Origin: Patescibacteria group bacterium
GTDB lineage: Bacteria; Patescibacteriota; Patescibacteriia; JAXHNJ01
Assembly (NCBI GenBank): GCA_041649715.1
Contig: JBAZMP010000003.1
Coordinates: 36,155-100,154 of the forward strand
DNA length: 64,000 bases
Reading direction: 5' to 3'
Shown here: positions 57,523-64,000 of the stretch, in pieces
How the letters are laid out: each line of letters starts with the position of its first letter
How positions within the stretch are numbered: position 1 is the first letter of the stretch
Notes under the pieces: model-generated
Databases searched by the model: none
What the model was told of the DNA's origin: nothing
The model's input: the letters and a program-made list of their open reading frames with translations, nothing else
Program-made: the position numbers and the translations under genes

Positions 57523-59739
57523 ATGCTTTTGTCCTCGGTATCCCTTCATTAGAAGCGCGTTCAAAACCACACTGACCGAAGAAAAAGCCATGGCGGCCGC
57601 GGCAAACGCCGGGTTTAAAAGCCAGCCGGTCAAAGGATATAAAACTCCCGCGGCAATGGGAATGGTAAAGATATTATAAATAAAAGCCCAAAAAAGATTC
57701 TGTTTGATTTTTTTCAGGGTATAATTGCTTAAATCCATCGCCTTTATCACCTGCCGCAGATCATCTTTGATTAAAATAATGTCTCCGGTTTCCATGGCCA
57801 CATCCGTGCCGGAACCTAAAGCCAGCCCCAAATCCGCCTGCGCCAAAGCTGGCGCGTCATTAATACCGTCGCCCACCATAGCCACTATTTTTCCGCCAGC
57901 TTGGAGTTTTTTGATTTCGGCGGATTTATCTTGGGGCAGCACTTCGGCTAATACCTTGTCAATTCCCACTTTTTCGGCGATCGCTCGGCCGACCCGTTTA
58001 TTGTCGCCGGTAATGATCATGACTTCCTTATTCATTTTATGCAGAAGATCGACCGCATCTTTTGAATTTTCTTTAAGAGTATCTGCGACACCAATTAACC
58101 CGATTATTTCCGAGTCGTGTGCGAGTATCATGGCCGTCTGCCCTTGATTTTCTAAAGCCGCCAGCTTATCCTCAACTAAGGAAAAATCAATCTCATTATC
58201 AAGCATTAATTTTCTGGTTCCTAATATAATATTATGATTGTTTAATTCGCCTGTAACTCCTTGGCCGGGTACCGCCTTAAAATTTTTAACCGCTGACATT
58301 TCAATTTTTTCTTCTTTCGCTTTTTTAACGATGGCTTGGGCCAAAGGATGTTCGGAATTATTCTCAATGGATGCGGCTATTTGCAGGATACTTTTAACCT
58401 TTAACTGTGAACTTGGAACCCGAAAAATTTCAGTGACAATCGGCTCTCCACGAGTTAAGGTGCCAGTTTTATCAAAAACAACCGTGTTAATTTTGTGGGC
58501 CGTTTCGAGAGCTTTGGCGTTTTTTATCAAAATCCCTTGTTGCGCGGCCAAACCCGTCCCCATCATTACCGCCACGGGGGTGGCCAGTCCCAAGGCGCAG
58601 GGGCAAGCGATGATTAAAACAGAAACCAGAACGGATAGGGCAAAAACTAAAGATTGACCGGCGATCAGCCAGACAATAAACGACAAAAGACTAAGGCCGA
58701 TTACGGCCGGCACAAAATAATAGGCGACTTTGTCGGCCAGGGCTTGAATCGGGGCCTTGGAGCCCATCGCCTCTTCCACTAAACGGATGATCTGTGAAAG
58801 CATAGTCGCTTCCCCGACCGCCAGGGCTTTTATTTTTAACACGCCGTTTTGATTGACTGTGGCTCCGATTACTTTGTCGCCGGCTCTTTTTTCTTTCGGC
58901 AGACTTTCGCCGGTAATCGCTTTTTCATCCACACTGGAATCACCTTCAACCACGACGCCGTCCACCGGGATTTTTTCGCCGGGTCTGACTAAAACAATAT
59001 CACCGATTTTAACTTCGTTTATTTTAATTCTTACTTCTTGGCCGTTTTTGATGATAACCGCTTCCTTTGCCTGTAAACCGGCCAGTTTTTTAACGGCCTG
59101 CCCCGTCCGGCCTTTGGTCAGGCCTTCTAGATATTTGCCTAACGAAATAAAAATCAAAATAAAAATTGCACTTTCATAATATATGGTAGGCATGCCAATG
59201 GATCCCTTGAGCAAGAAAATGACGGAAACAATTACGCTATAAAAATAAGCCACGACGGTGCCCATGAAAATCAAAGAATCCATGTTCGGCGATAATCTTA
59301 CTAATCCCTTGAGACCGGTGCGTAAAAGATTAAAATTTACGCTCATCACCATAGTCGCCAGAATAAATTCCGCATAAGGGCGGTAAGTCTCCCCTAAAAC
59401 CGGCAAACCGAGCATTTCTCCCATCACGAGATAAATAACCGGCAAGCCGAAAATCAGCGACAGGAAGAAACTTTTTCTTAATTTTTTCACGTCGCCGACT
59501 TCATGATGATGCTCGTGGCTATCCCCTTCCTCAACCACTCCATACCCCAGCTTCTTGATTTCCGACTTTATCTTATCCAGAGAGATCAAGTCCATATCAA
59601 ACTCTACTTGCGCTTTTTCCGAGGCGAAATTGATGTTAAAAAGTTTGATTCCCGGCATTTGGCGCAAAGCGTGTTCGATATTAACCGCGCAGGTCACGCA
59701 GCTCATGCCGGTTAATTTTATGCTGATTTTATGTATCAT
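57517..59739 (-). CDS. copA: Copper-translocating P1B-type ATPase.
   Basis: N-terminal HMA domain (GMSCVTCA), CPC motif ([13 protein letters not shown]), DKTGTLT phosphorylation site, [10 protein letters not shown]. The track ORF extends to 59841; ATG 59739 is preferred as it avoids overlap. Confidence 0.9.
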   Translation of the reverse strand: MIHKISIKLTGMSCVTCAVNIEHALRQMPGIKLFNINFASEKAQVEFDMDLISLDKIKSEIKKLGYGVVEEGDSHEHHHEVGDVKKLRKSFFLSLIFGLPVIYLVMGEMLGLPVLGETYRPYAEFILATMVMSVNFNLLRTGLKGLVRLSPNMDSLIFMGTVVAYFYSVIVSVIFLLKGSIGMPTIYYESAIFILIFISLGKYLEGLTKGRTGQAVKKLAGLQAKEAVIIKNGQEVRIKINEVKIGDIVLVRPGEKIPVDGVVVEGDSSVDEKAITGESLPKEKRAGDKVIGATVNQNGVLKIKALAVGEATMLSQIIRLVEEAMGSKAPIQALADKVAYYFVPAVIGLSLLSFIVWLIAGQSLVFALSVLVSVLIIACPCALGLATPVAVMMGTGLAAQQGILIKNAKALETAHKINTVVFDKTGTLTRGEPIVTEIFRVPSSQLKVKSILQIAASIENNSEHPLAQAIVKKAKEEKIEMSAVKNFKAVPGQGVTGELNNHNIILGTRKLMLDNEIDFSLVEDKLAALENQGQTAMILAHDSEIIGLIGVADTLKENSKDAVDLLHKMNKEVMIITGDNKRVGRAIAEKVGIDKVLAEVLPQDKSAEIKKLQAGGKIVAMVGDGINDAPALAQADLGLALGSGTDVAMETGDIILIKDDLRQVIKAMDLSNYTLKKIKQNLFWAFIYNIFTIPIAAGVLYPLTGWLLNPAFAAAAMAFSSVSVVLNALLMKGYRGQKHI

Positions 59740-59743
59740 AAAT

Positions 59744-61120
59744 TTAGTTTTTCGCCACCACCTCAATGGTGCCGACCACCATCCCCATCCAGCAGCTGAA
59801 TTTGTATTTGCCGGCAGGCGGCGGCTGAAATTCCTTGACACTCGTTTTCCCGACCGTCAAATCGATCTGCCCGAGAAAAAGGCTTTTTCCAATCACCTTG
59901 TTGGTACAGCCCGAAGTGCCGGTATCCTGGATCTCCCAACGGACCGGAATTCCTTCTTTAACTTTAAAATAATTCGGGAAATAACCGGCGGCCGAAGCCT
60001 CCATTTTTATGACCTGTTTGCCGGAGATTACAGGCGGGAAACCATCCTCGCTGGCCTGCGCCTGATTATTGGTTTTAAAGTTTAAATTGTTCAAAGAAGG
60101 CCAGCCCAAAACGTTAAATTGAGCGTTGAGGTTAAATAAGGCGAAAAACAAGACTAATACCCCGGCGGTTTTCAAAAAAAGATTGGCAAACTTCTTATGA
60201 CTGAAGAATTTCACGCCAGCCAGACCGATCAACAATAAAGGAATGGTCGTGCCTAAAGCGAAAAAAAACATAATTAAAGCGCCCTGCCAGAAACTGCCGG
60301 AAAGTAGTGCCAAGCCTTGACTAGTGATGGTAAAACCGCAAGGCAAGAAAAAAGTGGCTGCTCCGGCCAGCAAGGGAAAATACCGACCTTTGAATTTTCT
60401 TTCATCGCTTAGACGGCTAGTCAAACCCTTGGGCAAAGAAAATTGAAAAGCTCTTAGAGCTTTTACGCCCAGCATCTGCAGGCCCAGGAGAAACATCAAC
60501 ACGGAAACCGCCATCACCAAAATAGAGGTGAAAGTCAGGGATATTTTAAGCTGACCGCCAAGCACGCCTAAAACACCGCCCAAAACCGCATAAGAAATCA
60601 GCCGGCCGGCGTTAAACATCAAATGCGGCTGTAATTTTTTAAAAGTGGAATCCGTCTGGCCGTAAAGATCCAGCCATTGCTTGGACAAAGACAATATAAT
60701 CCCACCGACTAAAGCGGCGCAGGAGGTCAGACCGGCAAGCCCCCCGAAAGCGAAAAAAGTGGGCAGCGAGGACTGCGCCTGGACATTAACTAAGGAGCTG
60801 AAGCCCAGACGGTTCAGCAGGAAGAAAAACAAGATTATTCCCAAAGAAATTAGAGAAATTTTCAAAATACTTGTCTTAGATTTTTCCCCCATATTTTCTG
60901 CTTCTAACTCAAAAAAAGTGTAGCCGTCTTTTTGAAAAAGTTTATTTAAATCCGCTAACGAGGGAATTTCCCCTTCTATCGCTGCCTGCTCTTTTTTCAA
61001 GGAAACATTAACTTTCTTCACGCCTTTGATTTCAGAGATTTTTCTTTCCACCAATAAAACGCAGGATGAGCAGTGCATCCCTTTGATTCCGTAGATCTTT
61101 TTCCGAGTATTAATTTCCAT
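59744..61120 (-). CDS. HMA-domain membrane protein with a DsbD/CcdA-like TM core and a C-terminal cupredoxin-like domain.
   Basis: N-terminal [11 protein letters not shown] motif, about 8 TM helices, and a C-terminal beta-rich domain with Cys/His/Met (GCTNKV...SCWMGMVVG). Confidence 0.55.
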   Translation of the reverse strand: MEINTRKKIYGIKGMHCSSCVLLVERKISEIKGVKKVNVSLKKEQAAIEGEIPSLADLNKLFQKDGYTFFELEAENMGEKSKTSILKISLISLGIILFFFLLNRLGFSSLVNVQAQSSLPTFFAFGGLAGLTSCAALVGGIILSLSKQWLDLYGQTDSTFKKLQPHLMFNAGRLISYAVLGGVLGVLGGQLKISLTFTSILVMAVSVLMFLLGLQMLGVKALRAFQFSLPKGLTSRLSDERKFKGRYFPLLAGAATFFLPCGFTITSQGLALLSGSFWQGALIMFFFALGTTIPLLLIGLAGVKFFSHKKFANLFLKTAGVLVLFFALFNLNAQFNVLGWPSLNNLNFKTNNQAQASEDGFPPVISGKQVIKMEASAAGYFPNYFKVKEGIPVRWEIQDTGTSGCTNKVIGKSLFLGQIDLTVGKTSVKEFQPPPAGKYKFSCWMGMVVGTIEVVAKN

Positions 61121-61393
61121 TTATTTGTTGCTGATTTTAGTCACCTTTAAAATCTCGGCGATCATTTCCTGCTTTCTCTTTTCGTTTTTGGCGGCCATGG
61201 CCGTTTTAAAACAGGTATTCAGGTGATTCTCCATCAGCATCTGATGGGCGGATTTTAGTAATCCGATCACCGCCAGATTCTGCTGCATGATGTCGATGCA
61301 ATAGCGGTCCTCTTCAACCATCCTGATAATCTTGGCGATTACGCTTCCCGCTTTCTTGAAATTAATGAGCGCATTTTCTTTTTGGCTAATCAT
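61121..61393 (-). CDS. csoR: CsoR/RcnR/FrmR family metal-sensing transcriptional repressor.
   Basis: DUF156 architecture with RYCIDIMQQ...H...NTC (C-H-C metal ligands). First gene of the copper operon. Confidence 0.75.
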   Translation of the reverse strand: MISQKENALINFKKAGSVIAKIIRMVEEDRYCIDIMQQNLAVIGLLKSAHQMLMENHLNTCFKTAMAAKNEKRKQEMIAEILKVTKISNK

Positions 61394-61483
61394 AGATATT
61401 TTATTTATTAATTAACCTTATCCACACCCCCACCATAGGTATAGGTATAGTATAATCCCTAATAATGCGGCGGTCAAGTCCCC

Positions 61484-61600
61484 TGTTTAGATCGGATTAA
61501 GAATCCGATCTACTCGAACACGTACAAAATTGACTTGGTATTGCGTGAAGACGGGATTCAGAATCCCGCCAGCAGGGCAGGTCGGATTCTGAATCCGACC
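61484..61600 (-). repeat. Cluster of three related hairpins (gatcggatt-aagaa-tccgatc; gggattc-agaa-tcccgcc; ggtcggattc-tgaa-tccgacc) 3' of gene 61662..62996, members of the GGATT repeat family.
   Basis: Three perfect or near-perfect inverted repeats within 120 nt sharing a cggattc/gaatccg core. A T-rich tract lies at 61612..61650. Confidence 0.4.
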
Positions 61601-61661
61601 TTCTCAAATAAAAAAAGAAGACCCCTTTTTACGGAGTCCTCTTTTTATATCTATTTGTAAA

Positions 61662-62996
61662 TTATTTTTTCAGGAGGAAAGCGAGGCCGCTCAAACCGAT
61701 TAAAACGATCAAATAACTCGTGATATCGGTGCCGGCTTTGGGCAAAGTTTCCTCTTCTACTGTTTCAGCCGCTACCTGGGCGGTATCTTCCGCGCCGGCG
61801 ACCATACCTTCGACGACTTGATCTTTTATTTCGGTGGCGTTATCCGGTTGGCTGACAACGGCTGGCTCGTTCTTCGGCTCAGATTTGGGCTCATCTGAAG
61901 GAGCCGGTAAACCTTCTTCTTCCTCTTCTTCAACTGCTTCAACCACCGTATTTTCCTTATCATTATCTTCTGTCTCCTGATTTACGTCATTCGTATCATT
62001 ACCCTGGGGCTTAAGAAATTCATAACTCTGGCAAACGAAATCTGTATTGTAATAAAGCTCAAAAATTGCTTTGTCATTTTCATCGACAACTCCGCTCCTG
62101 TCAAAATCCGCTAACGAATTCTGGCCGGCCATATATTCGCTAAAGAAAGACAAGTCAGAAAGATTTACCTTGTAGTCGCCGTTAAAATCCGGGCAAAGAC
62201 CGACAAAATCTATTAGTCTTGACTCATCACAAGTAAAAGATTTGTGGAAATAGAGATTAAAAACCGCAAGGTCATAATCATTGACATAACCGTCGCCATC
62301 GAAATCGGCCAGCGCATGATAATTACCGGCGACGTTTATCTCCGAAGGATAATGACTGACAAACCAGGAGAAATCAGACAAATCAACTGAGTTAGATTCG
62401 TTGGTTTCCACAAAATTCGGAAAACAATCTAAGATTGGTTCTACCGGCGTGCTCACTCCCGTACCGACAGGCACAACGCAGACATAGTTCGTGTTGTAAT
62501 AAACCTCAAAGATAGCCGCGTCAAATTCGTCGACGTCGCCGTCCTGATCAAAATCGGCTTCACCGGTATTGTTTTCAGTTTTATAGGCGGAAAAATAACT
62601 AAGATCAGACAGATCCACAACTCCACTATTGTCATAATCCGGACAAAGAGTATTGAAGTTCGGCACATTCGGACAACCCGCAAACGGCTTGTTAGAATAA
62701 ATCTCAAAAATAGCCCGATCAAAACTATCCACATTACCGTCGCCGTTAACATCCGCTAAAGCATCATAATTGCCGCTTCCGTTTTCCACGGAAGGATAAT
62801 GTGTGCCGAAAAAGCCAAAGTCAGATAAATTGACGTTGCCGTCGTTGTTAAAATCCGGAAAACATCCTGTCCAAGGAGACGCCACCTGAGCCGAGGTTGA
62901 TTTAGGCGCCAAAAAGAGACCCAAGACCGTCATTGAAATGGCGAAAACCGCCACGCTGGCGATATTCAAGGCCTTACTAAGATTGATTTTTTTCAT
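61662..62996 (-). CDS. Secreted surface protein with four dockerin-like Ca-binding repeat pairs and a C-terminal LPKAG sortase sorting signal.
   Basis: Signal peptide; repeats DFNNDGNVNLSDFGFF / DVNGDGNVDSFDRAIFEIY, recurring four times; acidic linker; then EETLPKAG + TM helix + KK. Confidence 0.65.
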   Translation of the reverse strand: MKKINLSKALNIASVAVFAISMTVLGLFLAPKSTSAQVASPWTGCFPDFNNDGNVNLSDFGFFGTHYPSVENGSGNYDALADVNGDGNVDSFDRAIFEIYSNKPFAGCPNVPNFNTLCPDYDNSGVVDLSDLSYFSAYKTENNTGEADFDQDGDVDEFDAAIFEVYYNTNYVCVVPVGTGVSTPVEPILDCFPNFVETNESNSVDLSDFSWFVSHYPSEINVAGNYHALADFDGDGYVNDYDLAVFNLYFHKSFTCDESRLIDFVGLCPDFNGDYKVNLSDLSFFSEYMAGQNSLADFDRSGVVDENDKAIFELYYNTDFVCQSYEFLKPQGNDTNDVNQETEDNDKENTVVEAVEEEEEEGLPAPSDEPKSEPKNEPAVVSQPDNATEIKDQVVEGMVAGAEDTAQVAAETVEEETLPKAGTDITSYLIVLIGLSGLAFLLKK

Positions 62997-63185
62997 AATT
63001 TTTCCCTTAGATTAGCTAATTATTATTAAATATTTACTTACTTGTTATTTAGTTATTCTAAGCTAAAATAGATAAGATAATATAGTATAACCCGTTATGT
63101 TAGCGCAAATTTCATTTATTGTCAAGGGGGTATTAAACGAAGAAACCCTCGGCCGTTTCCCCGGCCTTCGGGCTCCTTCTATATC

Positions 63186-64000
63186 TTATTCGATTTTTAC
63201 TGAATTATATTTCTTGGCTACCGCTACCTTTCTAAAGCCGTAAGCGCCGAAAGCCGCCACCGTGATCACTAAGACATACATCAGGTAATCCGTGACATTA
63301 CTGCCCGCTTGGGGCAGGGTTTCGTCACCGGCCACTTCGCCTTCATCCTCGGCGCCTAAAACCGCCCCTTTCTTGGTAATCGCAACGTCGGCCGTGTCCT
63401 TGACCGGCTTAAGGTCGTCGGCGGAAACCTGGGCGGTATTAGTGTAGGTGCCAGGCGTAACCGTCGTGCCCGCGGTCACCGTGTAAATGAAATTCATCTC
63501 TTCTCCGACCTTCAGATCATTGAAGAACCAGGAGCCGTCTGAACCGTCGTCATAAGTGAAACCGGCCGGCATGTTGTCCGCTAACCGGACATTATAAGCG
63601 GTGGCGGTCCCTGTATTCTCTATGGTCACGATATAATTGATCTTGCTGCCGGGATAATAAGTGCCGGCTTCCACGGATTTTTCAATCGTGAGTTTGGGAG
63701 AGGTGATCTCCGGCGTTACCGGCGGAGGCAGAGGCTCGGGTTCCGGCTCCACAATGGTGCAGGTGGCCGAGCAGGTCTGGTCGCCGGTGGCACCATCGGT
63801 ATTATCACATTCCTCTGCGCCGTTCTTGATGTTATCGCCGCAGTACGGGACCGTTTCCAAAAGACATTGATCAGTGCAAGTTTGGTGCTCTCCGACGCCA
63901 TCCGTGTTATCGCACTCTTCCGCGCCGTTCTTGATGTTATCGCCGCAAGATGGCCCGGTTACCTCGGCGTAATCGCAAGCCGTGGTGCAATATTGGCAGG
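63186..64000 (-). CDS. Surface protein, 5'-partial: Myxococcus-type Cys-rich repeats (CGDNIKNGAEECDNTDG), a DUF11 domain and a C-terminal LPQAG sortase sorting signal.
   Basis: Frame open to the window end (…CQYCTTACDYAEVTGPSCGDNIKNGAEECDNTDGVGEHQTCTDQCLLETVPYCGDNIKNGAEECDNTDGATGDQTC…). DUF11-like ITKKGAVLGAED...; ETLPQAG + TM + RK tail. Confidence 0.6.
   Translation of the reverse strand, partial: CQYCTTACDYAEVTGPSCGDNIKNGAEECDNTDGVGEHQTCTDQCLLETVPYCGDNIKNGAEECDNTDGATGDQTCSATCTIVEPEPEPLPPPVTPEITSPKLTIEKSVEAGTYYPGSKINYIVTIENTGTATAYNVRLADNMPAGFTYDDGSDGSWFFNDLKVGEEMNFIYTVTAGTTVTPGTYTNTAQVSADDLKPVKDTADVAITKKGAVLGAEDEGEVAGDETLPQAGSNVTDYLMYVLVITVAAFGAYGFRKVAVAKKYNSVKIE

Overview
This is a 64-kb stretch of compact bacterial chromosome. 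It is gene-dense with short intergenic regions, about 45-50% GC overall, and has several clearly AT-rich islands. Gene content includes rplL-rplJ without rplK-rplA upstream, a short archaeal-like UMP kinase, a DUF5667 N-rich secreted protein, many small membrane/DUF proteins and a type IV pilus operon. This content is most consistent with a small-genome, Gram-positive-like (sortase-using) bacterium such as a Patescibacteria/CPR member; that is inference from gene content only. The six-frame track translates GTG/TTG starts as M, so several true starts are internal to the listed ORFs. The main blocks, in order, are as follows.

- rplL-rplJ, with a leader hairpin/attenuator in front of rplJ.
- A housekeeping envelope block: pyrH, a GDPD fusion, an ArnT-like glycosyltransferase, mltG, a ManC-like guanylyltransferase and pcm.
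- A complete type IV pilus operon (pilB, pilC, a major pilin, two minor pilins and a PilX-like protein). It is followed directly by a 1481-aa multi-DUF11 adhesin, a sortase and a Big_2 surface protein.
- uppP, mutM and ispG, then a 57-aa histone-fold-like ORF that is missing from the ORF track.
- Three ABC exporter pairs, and a tandem array of four LiaF/PspC-type envelope-stress paralogs.
- An AT-rich gene that fuses a nucleoside 2-deoxyribosyltransferase-like domain to a polyprenyl synthase.
- queH-dedA, rarA, a CYTH protein and uppS.
- A tRNA-Pro(CGG) embedded in an 11-bp flanking stem with partial tRNA copies nearby. It is followed by an AT-rich 1243-aa orphan protein and a bc-type Rieske protein.
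- A csoR-HMA/cupredoxin-copA copper operon.
- Two more sortase substrates with LPxAG signals, one carrying dockerin-like repeats and one carrying Myxococcus-type Cys-rich repeats.

Non-coding signals:

- a 54-nt GC-rich palindromic element present twice in inverted orientation with compensatory stem changes;
- a GGATTT-type repeat family whose inverted copies flank an AT-rich cargo gene;
- recurrent gcggctcg hairpin terminators;
- candidate small RNAs in two long intergenic regions.

No CRISPR array, rRNA, transposase or integrase was recognised.
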